Positions 8,301 to 15,063 of a stretch of DNA of 29,190 bases are shown in pieces. The stretch covers positions 1 to 29,190 of the forward strand of contig JBGATO010000049.1 of NCBI GenBank assembly GCA_044229145.1, given 5' to 3'. Under the pieces are notes generated by a model that saw only the letters and a list, made by a program, of their open reading frames with translations, was not told the origin of the DNA and did no database searches. Each line of letters begins with the position of its first letter. The first letter of the stretch is position 1. The stretch is from Candidatus Eiseniibacteriota bacterium (GTDB taxonomy: Bacteria; Eisenbacteria; RBG-16-71-46; CAZEPH01). The position numbers were made by a program, and so were the translations under genes.

Positions 8301-10540
8301 ACCAGTGTGATCGGGCCGGTGGGCGGTGGCGAGCCGGCCTCGCCGTACGAGAAGCTGAGCGTGTAGACGCCGTTTTCGCCCTCCTTCACTTCGACCGGAC
8401 CGGTCTTCGAGAGCGAGGCGCTCGGCGGATCCACGACGGTGACGGTGCCGATGGCGACCGGCGTCGAGAATGGCGCGCCGCAGTCGTCGGTGTAGCGCGG
8501 GCGGATGATGTAGGTGCCGTCGCCATTGTCGCAGGTGTCGTTGTGGCTGACGCGCAGGGTGACGGCGGCGAGCGCGCCGGCACCAACGTCGCCGATGCGC
8601 AGCGTGTCCGGGCTGCCCGGCACCAGCGTGGCGCCGCTCAGCACCGCGACGCTGACGTTGCCCGGCAGCGAGGACAACAGGAGGTCGAGCGCGCGCGCCG
8701 GGCCGCCGCTGTTCGCCACGGTGAGCGTGACGTTCGTGCCGCCGGCATCGCAACTCGGGACCACGATCGGCGACGGGTTCAGCGTGATCGCCAGGTCCGG
8801 CTGGTTGAGCAAGAGCGCAATGGCGCTGGACGCCGTGACGGTCTGACAGGTGTCGGTGCCGCAGCCCCAGCTGCCGGTGGCGTCGATGGTGTTCTGGAAG
8901 CACGACAGCAGCGTCGTCTGCAGCGTGATGATCTGCTCGTCGCCCGGCGCCATGCGGGTGAGCGCGGCCACCGCGCCCTCGTCCCAGATCAGCGTCGTGG
9001 TGCCGTCGCCGTTGGGCGTGACGCTGGTCGGCGCCGGCGTCGCGGTGTCGTACTGCAAGCCAGCCTGGAGCACCAACTGCGCGGCGACGTGGCCGATGGC
9101 GCCGTCGCCGGTCGAGCGCAGGGTGCAGGTCCACGACTCGCTCTCGCCGACCGCCGCCGGGTTCTGCACCGGCGTCAGCGTCATCGCCAGCGCGCCCGGC
9201 AGCACCGCGATGTTGGCGGTCTGCAACGCGCTCGACGAATAGACGCCACTGAGGCCGGAGCGCGCCGCGGCGTAGGCGGCGGACGTGTAGTTGCCGCCGG
9301 TGCACGTGGTGGCGGCGATCTGGAAGCTGACGGTGACCGAGGCGCCCGGCGCGATGTCGTAGAGCGCGAGGTTGCCCGGATTGTCGCCGCCGCCGTCGCG
9401 GTTCCAGGACAACGTATCGCCCTCGACGAAGGCATCGACGGCGGTCGCCACGCCGCCGCTCGGCGTCACGGTGGCGCTCCCGGCGACGTAGCTCCATCCT
9501 GCCGGGATGACCGCGCGCAGCACCGCATCGAAGGCACTCGCCGTGGTGGCGTTGGACGCGGTGAGGGTGCACGTCGCCTCGTCGCACGACGCCAGCGACG
9601 CGGTGGTCGTGTACGCCACCGTGAGTTGCCCGAGCTTCACGCTGAGCGTGGTGCTCGTGTAGTCGACATCGGAGCCTTGCGCGTCGGTCGCGGTGGCGAC
9701 GTTGACGATGCCGGCGTTGTTCTCGGCGTCGGCGTCCACCGTCACCTGCACGGTGACCACGGCGCTGTCGCCCACCGGGATCGCGCCGGGCGCCTGGCCC
9801 GCGGCGTTGACGGCCATCCCGCCGACCAGCGGCGATACACCGGCGACGTCGGCCACCGGCACGCCGTTCAGCGTCGTCGAGTTCGCCACGTAGCTGGTGC
9901 CGGTTGGCGGCAGCGCGTCGGTCACCGCGGCGCCGGTGGCGTTCATCGTGCCGATGTTGGGCACCACGATGGTGTAGAGGATGGTCTCGCCCGGCTGCAG
10001 CGGCGCGCCGTTGACGTCCACCGCGCGCTTCTCGCCGGTGGTGAGGTTCGGCGCGCTGGTGACGGTGAGCGACACGCTGTTGAGCGCGAGCTGCCCGAGC
10101 GACGACGACACGCTCGGCGCGTTGGTGATGAGCGTGCCGTTGTCGAGCGGCGTCACCACGCGCATGGCGAACGAGATGACGCTGCTGTCGCCCGCCGCGA
10201 TGGTGCCGGCGACCTGCCCTGCCGACTGGATGGTCAACGGCCCCGGCATCCAGTCCGCGACGCCGATGCCATTGATCGACGTCGATCCATTGAGGAACGT
10301 CGTGTTCGCCGGGAGCGCGTCGGTGAGGCTGCACGCGGTGGCCGGGGCATCGCCGGTGTTCCGCACCGTGATGATGCAGGTCGTGTAGTCACCGGGGATG
10401 AGGCTGCCGCCGTTGGTGTCCACGTAGCGTTGCGACGACGTCGACAGGTCTGCGGCAGCGTGGGCAGCGCCCGCGCCGGCGGCAAGCAGCGCCGCGGCGG
10501 CCGCGGCGCGGCGGACGATCGACGGAAAGCGGCGGGTCAT
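2..10540 (-). CDS. Giant secreted DUF11/TIGR01451 Ig-like repeat surface protein (adhesin/filament-like), at least 3513 aa, 3' end outside window
   Basis: Absent from the ORF track because the frame has no stop in the window. ATG at 10540 is preceded by GGGAGACACG. An alternative in-frame ATG at 10582 overlaps the upstream TGA. Manual translation begins MTRRFPSIVRRAAAAAALLAAGAGAAHA-AADL (Sec signal), followed by about 26 repeats of the type K..v.PG...Y.ltvtNtG...lt.v.v.D.lP.gltyv....W....G....i.v....N.A. The frame is still open at the edge (...SGTVSFRVVVND). Confidence 0.93.
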   Translation of the reverse strand, partial: MTRRFPSIVRRAAAAAALLAAGAGAAHAAADLSTSSQRYVDTNGGSLIPGDYTTCIITVRNTGDAPATACSLTDALPANTTFLNGSTSINGIGVADWMPGPLTIQSAGQVAGTIAAGDSSVISFAMRVVTPLDNGTLITNAPSVSSSLGQLALNSVSLTVTSAPNLTTGEKRAVDVNGAPLQPGETILYTIVVPNIGTMNATGAAVTDALPPTGTSYVANSTTLNGVPVADVAGVSPLVGGMAVNAAGQAPGAIPVGDSAVVTVQVTVDADAENNAGIVNVATATDAQGSDVDYTSTTLSVKLGQLTVAYTTTASLASCDEATCTLTASNATTASAFDAVLRAVIPAGWSYVAGSATVTPSGGVATAVDAFVEGDTLSWNRDGGGDNPGNLALYDIAPGASVTVSFQIAATTCTGGNYTSAAYAAARSGLSGVYSSSALQTANIAVLPGALAMTLTPVQNPAAVGESESWTCTLRSTGDGAIGHVAAQLVLQAGLQYDTATPAPTSVTPNGDGTTTLIWDEGAVAALTRMAPGDEQIITLQTTLLSCFQNTIDATGSWGCGTDTCQTVTASSAIALLLNQPDLAITLNPSPIVVPSCDAGGTNVTLTVANSGGPARALDLLLSSLPGNVSVAVLSGATLVPGSPDTLRIGDVGAGALAAVTLRVSHNDTCDNGDGTYIIRPRYTDDCGAPFSTPVAIGTVTVVDPPSASLSKTGPVEVKEGENGVYTLSFSYGEAGSPPPTGPITLVDSYPSNFTFVSATPAPTTGTNQWDITAADLSGTGPYTYTVSVTLQATPGQCDTEGANTATVTLANPCGLASCPVSASSGLTIANTCPTPGDPSCGFEMTRTVNGADAATEEVCTPITLVNTLAMTGVPATLTWSEITFREQARNDLTLRGYAFPAGGVESGEALVTVTDGVHTCSVELAPTDTTVSGEIEWNLRVLDDLATTPGCGFAIGPQNCTVTLTYDMTTGSSTGGFFDWGRFVVDDDASMTCDGTINEPVELVVDHSTMGVSLTLPQQADVCDADTVMTLTLTKSGAYGTYDNALFVSTTDFDVITDPSDPAYVPPTIVGLPQVGTPIRTNDVGNGEPGVYWLIGDLPASFVSGTLTVPVRKRCGSASTFVRLAYDDKCDNDDTNNIDQNARAVTTTGAPVIDNSADVTVTVTPEQAFATVNPVHWTIYAVNGGAGNAHDLQLTATLNGALSYVNSQVYDQNGTALPASAWSVEVLPIPDSSQIVYHIDEIPAGLTYHVDLETRIVGCDSLIVDVQGQWGCLGDICQSGAQLRDRGAVLIPETQVIVTSAGPSTMGACDPDSVTVTLTNASASQITGVELSQFLPLGVAYVPGTTHLSIAHSFGNTLPTVTTASGTAADPFLVGDKLLWLMRDHLSTDYLSSGDVVTLTFQVQASTQFAGGELRASGEYKTLCGQKIFSQQYALAVDPELLTPTDFTVSRNIPAVQVCTDSTRGDSVTWSFTVTNDDPAATAYGIQLVDQLAPGLTLLASTVTHSTLGLVTPAPPDRPSSGDTGTLTWKLGDNVTLAPGQSLVVTLKVANLAADNCAAFDDGLNTLDVTLRGCADAATAPSVALGPYVDTVRRLEPAVTVNIDAVDLSPNCGLAPGDTIRFDVTYRNSGDGVARNIRLEHYFTNSLLTYVNSTLLGALYFGRVEILGQTLNPGEIKTWSVYYRINVPTSTYTINSTASATEGCCADSSADARTDVIDQQISLNVQKSATAGVARPGEQSTYLLTVSNTTCPDLQNVVLRDNLGGGQLEYVTSQYDFAHVVYNGIVSGEAQWTITSLPSGSSEQIRVTTLVPSSLGLGAIANTAAVTGATLTTGQALAANALDSDTETLPIALDSSAVYVDVSTDVPSITPGAQQVVELTVVNNGASLLDQTHVDFTLPAGLSYVTSTFDSTALAFTGTPAAPQWTFADTLPSAGVQHIRLVLAASSNVGTIATPVTMQVSVSAVDVVGRTIVDEDHESLPITAGTPRLSFDKIATTTQVTPGDAVGYVLTVLNAGDVDLSGVTITDPLASGLTYRSSDFDPVRVQFLGASPNPSWTLTQPLAPGEAEQIELFVTASANIVDYGFAVPSADSVQNVASVTATDPMGTVVNASDGVTLPFVLPPAALTLAKTALTGEIVPGGPVAYQLVLTNTGSQTLTGVVVTEPPVAGLTYTSSTYDGALFGFLSGNDTLYWAMSAALAPGATSTIRVDYLADANAAALASPTVNVASASGLDQDGQAVSGSGTASLGVKALASRVQLDKIALDAAIHPGDPTSYLLTARNTGEQTLTAVTVTEPDLAAQGLTFSGWTGDASRIHYMLNGTDHVWTVDTLRAGEEAAIRATFATASDPSALASPVVNVATATATDQNGGSVSTTGTASLDVVVLGASLRADITASQSAVVPNADVVYTVHLTNNGEQALTGTQLALALPAGLSYVSSDFDSTAVSFTGTPAAPVWAIAGSFAAGLEQEWRVVLHAAADQTQIANPAYAHITATAQTTGGATVSDEDGETLPLQLQSASMHVSKIASRGVVVPGETVDYTITVQNDGNQPLTDVDVTEAVPVGLLYVNSNYDAAAVTFTGTPAAPVWRIASLPLGGLQQIRASFVANADPSAIVNPVVNTVAVAGTDPSGNAVSANGSESLPVQNPGESVSLDKISVESVLVPGSLTTYVLTLVNSGTSPLVQLAVSEQVPPGLTYVSTEYDAARFSFSSVPQPTWTLLAGDTLRPTELEQIRVKFYAAMDADSLQDPTINSASVTGVAVGGGPVFDSDNASLPVQLPNAKLTLHKTALESVIVPGQTIGYQLLVTNTGNQLLRNVRISDTVPAGLTFTSSNYVSSRVHWSGTVLAPSWTLDSLAIGGSEEVRVVFTASGNPAVLLNPTVNTATATGTDVTGHPVTDQASESVPVQATGAALSVNKLSLASVVVPGAEVPYLLTITNTGDQTLTNVAVAEQLPAGLSYASSDWDHAHVVFNGMPATPVWSIASMQPGASELIRVTLRAADDPAAIAQPVTNVATATGTGASGQSVSASDSDQLPLQARMPALAVSKVALAGILVPGEQVSYLLTATNTGDADLTNVIVTDLPGAGLTYVSSSYNTNAATFTGTPDAPAWTFASLPVGRAEQIRVTFATSSDEAAYTTQPVPNTATAQGTAPSGEVVQSPPAVETLPLQLKRAALDLEKTLTAVVGSRLFYEMDVTNNGDQTLHNVTVSDPIPSELLYTSAEPLSYVSGVVHSPDGQTTVNFTIPGTLSPGSTSKITLICDLAPGVQNGEVIANIASASAVDESGHKVADVDAATYHVAAPAVSVAKTVDRAVVAPGEPLTYTLLVRNIGTEPVRDFVLTDAVPSRTTYVENSATGGGTYQATPSPLVTWTLPELARGAVWQVSFQTRVNNATPLHTMIANAALAAGDNLPPTPSDSTHTRVERSDLVLEKHVNRTQAAAGDTLTYTIVWRNSGAALLPLTLRDVVPPQTTYVIGSARPPAGFDVAGRFVSWELGHVPAFGSGTVSFRVVVND

Positions 10541-10581
10541 CGTGTCTCCCGCGGTCCGGAGGTGCGAGGCGAGCGCGCGCA

Positions 10582-13143
10582 TCAGATCTTCCCCCGCAGC
10601 GTGAGGTAGGGTCCGTGCGCGGTGTAGCCGTCGCCGGCGTCCGTGCCGTGAATGTGCTGATAGCCGAGGCCGAGGCGCAGATCGCGGGTGACCAGCACAC
10701 CGCACTCGCCGAGCAGGTTGCGGCGCAGATCGCGCGTCGCGGTGTCCTCGGGACGCAGTTCGCGCATCGCCAGCCGGAGATCCACGCGCGGGCTCATCTG
10801 CCACTGCCCGCCGGCCAGCCACAGGTACGATGTCGACGCGAACAGCGGCAGCGGGTCGATGTCGTCGCGCACGTCGCGGCGCAACGCAGCGACGTAGGCG
10901 CTCAGCCGCTCGTCGCGGTGGTAGAGCAGCCGCGCGCGCTGTTCGACGGTGCGTTGATCGTCGGCCGGGCCGAGGCGGGTGGCGCGGTTCTGGCGTTCGA
11001 GTTCGTATTCGACGCTCCACTGCTGGCTGAGCGTGAACACACCCTGGCCATACCAGGCGTCGCGGACGCGTGACGAGGCGGTGGCCAGGCGCAGGTCCTC
11101 GCTGGCGTGCCGCTCGTAGCGGCCGAGCGCCTTCCAGCGCGCGAGCGGAATCCACTCCGCGCTCGCCGACACCGATGCCTCGCGTTGCAGCGCCGTCGCG
11201 TTCGTGAAGTGGAGCACGTCGTTGCGCAGGTCGCTGACGCGCTTGAACTCGTAGGTGCCACGCACGCTGAGGTCGCGGGTGAGCCGGCTGCGCGCGTCGA
11301 GGAACGTCGCGTCCTGGCGGTCGGTGAGGTGTTGCAGCACGCGGTCGTTGAGCACGACCAGGCGCTGCGCAACGCTGATTTCGGTTTCGCCCTGCGGCGC
11401 GACGACCAGACGGAGCGCCTGCTGCGTCGTGCGCGTGCTGTGCTCCCCGGTGGTGAGATCGTTGTCGAAGTCGATGAGCTGCGTGCTGTTCTCGATCCGC
11501 ACGCGGCCGAGCGGTCCCCAGGTGCCGAGTGGCGCGCGCAGCTCGCCTTCCAGCTGGTGGCGCTGATTGGCTTCGCGTGCGCCGCCGTCGCGGTCGCGGC
11601 GGAGGCGTTCGTGATATTGCAGCGTCGCCTGGAGCCGGCCGCGCGCACCGTAGCGCCAGCCGCCGCCGAACAGCGCCTCCTGCGGCCGCTGCGGATACGC
11701 ATTGTGCCGCGCGCCGCTCTGCAGCGAACGCGCGAGGTCGTAGTCGACCCACACTTCTTCGTCCGGCCGGTAGCCGACGCGGAAGTCGCCGGCGAGTCGC
11801 TCCTGATTGAGATTGGCGAGCAGGCCGGCGTTGGCGAAGGACTGGAAGCCGTCGTCGAGCCGCGAGTACCGCGTGCGCAGCGCAGTGTGTTCGCCGAAGC
11901 GGAACTCGAGATCGCCGCGGATCGCGTCGGCGTCGTCTGCCGCGCTGCCGTCCACCGGCCGCGAGCGCGCCCATTCGACCTTGGCGTGGCCGAGCGCGCC
12001 CTGCGGCAACGCGAACTCGCCGCCGATCAGCCGCTGCGGTTCGTCGAGCGCCCCATCGATGGTGCGGTCGACGTGCTGGCCCAGCCAGGTGCCGCCCAGA
12101 CGCACGCCGTGCGCGTCGTACGCCGCGCGGCCGCCGTAGACGTCATTGTGCGGGTCGCGGTCGAAGTCGTAGGTGATGACGACGTATTGCGGGTCGCCCT
12201 CGATGGTTTCGCTCTCGACCGGGCGGTGGAGCAGCACGCGGCCGCGCACCGGATCGAGCGTGTAGTCGACGTCGCGGCGCAGCGTCTCGCTGCGGATCAC
12301 CCGCGTCGAGTCGAAGCGGTCGCGCACTTCGAGGCGGACCTCGTCGGAGCCGCGCACTACCGGCGCGTTGGTCAGGTCGAACGGTCCGCTGGTGCCGTCG
12401 GCGCGCAGACCGAGCGCGCCGTTCTCGCGGAAGTGGCCGCCCTGCAGCCGCGCGGCGACGCCATCGGCGGCGAACACGCCCTCACGCACCGTCGCCGTGC
12501 CGCCGAACACCGAGCGTCCAACCAGCGTGAGGTCGGAGCCCGCGAAGCTCGCGTTCTGACTGCCGGCGGCGATCGCGTCGTCAGTGGTCGCCAGGCGGAC
12601 CAGCGCTTCCAGTCGCGCGTCCTGCTGGGGCGTCAAGAGCAGCCGGCGGTCGAGGTTCTCGAAATCCCACAGACGGCGCGGATCGTAGAGCGCGTTGGCG
12701 GTGAGCCGCCACGGCCCCCACACCGGCTCGCTCGAGTCGAGCCCGAGCCGCAACCGGAACACGCTCGGGTCGAGGTGCTGGAAGCCGTCGTCGAAGCGCG
12801 AGTCGACGATTGCCGCGCCGTTGACGGTAAGGCCGCGCGCCAGCGGGCCGTTCGCCAGCATCGAGGCGCGGTAGGTGCCGGAGACGCCATCCTGGCCGCC
12901 GGGAACGGCCGCGGCGAAGCCCGCCGAATCGCCGGTCACCGTGAGATAGCTCACGCGCCATTCACCGTAGCCACTCAGCAGCACGGCATCACGCAAGCCC
13001 GGGCGCTGCCACAGATACGCCTCCGCGGGGCACGCCGCGCTCAGTGCGCTCAGCACGGCGGCGACGCCGCACACGGCGCGCCACACGCTCCGCACGCGCG
13101 GGGATCGGGGGAACTCGGCGAACGAACGCGGCGGAAGCATCAT
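10582..13143 (-). CDS. Large outer-membrane beta-barrel protein (853 aa) with SprA-like internal motif; partner of the DUF11 protein
   Basis: ATG at 13143 follows GGGAGACGTC. Signal peptide ends ...AACPAEA. Many amphipathic beta-strands. Contains GPFDL..APVVRGSDEVRLEVRDR...LRRDVDYTLDPVRGRV. C-terminal strand GPYLTLRGKI resembles a beta-signal. Confidence 0.8.
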   Translation of the reverse strand: MMLPPRSFAEFPRSPRVRSVWRAVCGVAAVLSALSAACPAEAYLWQRPGLRDAVLLSGYGEWRVSYLTVTGDSAGFAAAVPGGQDGVSGTYRASMLANGPLARGLTVNGAAIVDSRFDDGFQHLDPSVFRLRLGLDSSEPVWGPWRLTANALYDPRRLWDFENLDRRLLLTPQQDARLEALVRLATTDDAIAAGSQNASFAGSDLTLVGRSVFGGTATVREGVFAADGVAARLQGGHFRENGALGLRADGTSGPFDLTNAPVVRGSDEVRLEVRDRFDSTRVIRSETLRRDVDYTLDPVRGRVLLHRPVESETIEGDPQYVVITYDFDRDPHNDVYGGRAAYDAHGVRLGGTWLGQHVDRTIDGALDEPQRLIGGEFALPQGALGHAKVEWARSRPVDGSAADDADAIRGDLEFRFGEHTALRTRYSRLDDGFQSFANAGLLANLNQERLAGDFRVGYRPDEEVWVDYDLARSLQSGARHNAYPQRPQEALFGGGWRYGARGRLQATLQYHERLRRDRDGGAREANQRHQLEGELRAPLGTWGPLGRVRIENSTQLIDFDNDLTTGEHSTRTTQQALRLVVAPQGETEISVAQRLVVLNDRVLQHLTDRQDATFLDARSRLTRDLSVRGTYEFKRVSDLRNDVLHFTNATALQREASVSASAEWIPLARWKALGRYERHASEDLRLATASSRVRDAWYGQGVFTLSQQWSVEYELERQNRATRLGPADDQRTVEQRARLLYHRDERLSAYVAALRRDVRDDIDPLPLFASTSYLWLAGGQWQMSPRVDLRLAMRELRPEDTATRDLRRNLLGECGVLVTRDLRLGLGYQHIHGTDAGDGYTAHGPYLTLRGKI

Positions 13144-13499
13144 GACGTCTCCCTGACGACGGCGCGCCTTGGACGGACGCGCGAGATGATGCGGCGACGC
13201 CCCAGCCGTCCGTCCACGTGTCTGCGACACGGGACGCTGTGGTGAATCAGCTGCAGGCGCGATGTGGGGCGTTGCGTGTCAGTACGGGCGCGAGTCCGGC
13301 AGTGCGTGGGGACACGGCGCTGCCAGAGTGAGACGGATTGCGCGTCCCACGGCAGTTGGGAAGCGGGAGCGGATCGGCGCGATGCGGATGTCGTGCGGTG
13401 CGGAGAAACGCCACCGGGCGCGGCATCCAATCGCGGCGCGCGTGCAGCACGCATCGATCGACCTCACGGTGTCAGTGGACCGATCCCACGACGGCGTGA

Positions 13500-13528
13500 C
13501 TTCTACCCACGCCCACGATGGGCGTCAA
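13500..13528 (-). promoter_or_regulatory. Candidate sigma70 promoter with overlapping palindrome, upstream of the barrel-adhesin operon
   Basis: TTGACG-N17-TAGAAG on the minus strand; the -10 lacks the terminal T. The inverted repeat ACGCCCA-cga-TGGGCGT (13509-13525) overlaps the spacer and -35. Confidence 0.3.
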
Positions 13529-14082
13529 GCCAGATTCGCCCCGTCGTCCACCGCCCGGTCCGCCGCGCGTGCGCACCACACGATACCCGCGTCCGCCGGC
13601 CCGCTGGCGGTGCCGTGGAAGTCGCTCCAGGTCTCGATCTCCGCGAAGCCTGCGGCGGCCAGTGCCTCGACCCAAGCTGCCTGAGACGACGTGGCGGCAT
13701 CGAAGACGAGATCGCCCGCAAACCAGCCGCCCGGCGCCACCGCGGTCCGACAGGCCCGCAGGCTGGCGGCGCGGCGCGCACGCTCCGTGAGCTCTGCCCA
13801 CACCTCGCCCGCCGCAATGACCCCGGCATGCCGGCGCCGGCAGGTGAAGCTCTCGAGCGGATGCTCGAGCACGTCTGCCACCAAGCCGCGCTCCGCCAAG
13901 CTGACGCGGGCGGCGGCCGCATCCGAGACGTTGGGCTCCACGGCGTCCGCGTCGGCTCCCGATTTGGCGACCGGCAGCAGGATGCGCCCAGTGCTGCAGC
14001 CCACGACCAGCACTGCGCCGTGCGCCTCCCGCGCCAAGGCGACGTAGAACGGGACGTCCCCGCGCGATTCGCCTGCGGTCAT
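13525..14082 (-). CDS. Class I SAM-dependent methyltransferase-like protein, degenerate motif I (185 aa)
   Basis: GAGGAGG RBS precedes ATG 14082. Sequence DVPFYVALARE...VLVVGCSTGRILLPVA, LRACRTAVAPGGWF and LAAAGF...WSDF is typical of this family. Confidence 0.75.
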   Translation of the reverse strand: MTAGESRGDVPFYVALAREAHGAVLVVGCSTGRILLPVAKSGADADAVEPNVSDAAAARVSLAERGLVADVLEHPLESFTCRRRHAGVIAAGEVWAELTERARRAASLRACRTAVAPGGWFAGDLVFDAATSSQAAWVEALAAAGFAEIETWSDFHGTASGPADAGIVWCARAADRAVDDGANLA

Positions 14083-14157
14083 CGCGGCACGCCTCCTCGC
14101 ATCGTTGCTCCCCTCCTGCCGCCGGGCCACGGACCGTGGTTCGCGCGGCACGATACA

Positions 14158-15063
14158 TCAGCCATTTCCCGGAAGCACCACCCGGACGAGGATCCGACCG
14201 TGAGCCGTCCGCAGTGCGCAGACATACACGCCGCGCGCCACCGCCCGCCCGTTCGCGTCACGGCCGTCCCACTCGATCATGGCGTTCGCCGGTGGTAGGC
14301 GCCGCACCACCCTGCCCCGCATGTCCCACACGCACACGGCAACCGGGCCGCCACCCGCCGCGCGGAATGTGACGCGCCTCCCCTCGACGGCCACCCGTGC
14401 GGTGGCCGGCTCGGAGTCGAACGGCACGGCCGCCGGACCATACGCCGGTGGGACGAGCCCCGCGTGATCGCAGAGTCCCCAGCAGTAGGCGTAGCCCTCG
14501 CGTCCGGCGTGGTCGTTCTCACGCACGGCGAAGCGGTGCGATTCATCGTACGCGCCGACGTAGTCGATGAAGGACGCCTCGCCCAGCACGGCCGGCATGA
14601 CGGTGTTGCGCAAGACGTAGAAGTCCGCCGTCTTGACGCCACGGTCGGCATAGGAAAAGGCCCACAGCAATCGCGGCTGCACCCGATCGCGGAGATCGAA
14701 CGAGGACGTGGAGCCTGCCGGATAGCAGTACGTCTCGGTGCCCTGCGCGGTGCCGGTGGCCGCATTGTGATGCTGCGACAGGAAGCGATCGAATCCGGCC
14801 GCATTGGCGTAGGCGCAGCGATCGGCGAGTGAGACGTAGACGTCGGTGGTCCGCGTCATCCCCACCGACGTCACACCCGCGGTGCGCAAAAGATAGTCGC
14901 GTGCCGCCGTCGACACATCGAGGTTCGCCGCCTTCTCCGTGTACTCGAGACCCACCGCGCCGGCGTCGGAGCCGCCGTGTCCGGGGTCGAGACACACGGT
15001 GAGCGCGTGCGCACTGCTCGCCCACCCACACAGCGCCACCACGAGCCACTCCCGCGCGGTCAT
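14158..15063 (-). CDS. N-acetylmuramoyl-L-alanine amidase (Amidase_3) with signal peptide and C-terminal FlgD-Ig/T9SS-like sorting domain (301 aa)
   Basis: ATGA overlap with the upstream stop. Signal ends ...SSAHA. Zn-site motifs LDPGHGG, TEK, SQHHNA, LGEASF. Tail VWDMRGRVVRRL...WDGRDANGRAVARGVY. Confidence 0.92.
   Translation of the reverse strand: MTAREWLVVALCGWASSAHALTVCLDPGHGGSDAGAVGLEYTEKAANLDVSTAARDYLLRTAGVTSVGMTRTTDVYVSLADRCAYANAAGFDRFLSQHHNAATGTAQGTETYCYPAGSTSSFDLRDRVQPRLLWAFSYADRGVKTADFYVLRNTVMPAVLGEASFIDYVGAYDESHRFAVRENDHAGREGYAYCWGLCDHAGLVPPAYGPAAVPFDSEPATARVAVEGRRVTFRAAGGGPVAVCVWDMRGRVVRRLPPANAMIEWDGRDANGRAVARGVYVCALRTAHGRILVRVVLPGNG

Noticed and set aside
4077..10334. 2085-aa minus-strand ORF
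   Set aside because: Off-frame Arg/His-rich shadow of the same gene, caused by GC3 bias; no domain motifs.
3266..10609. 2447-aa plus-strand ORF, and 53..2503 (816 aa)
   Set aside because: Arg/Val/Gly-rich antisense shadows, codon-aligned with the real minus-strand DUF11 gene.
11107..13245. 712-aa plus-strand ORF
   Set aside because: Antisense shadow of the barrel gene.
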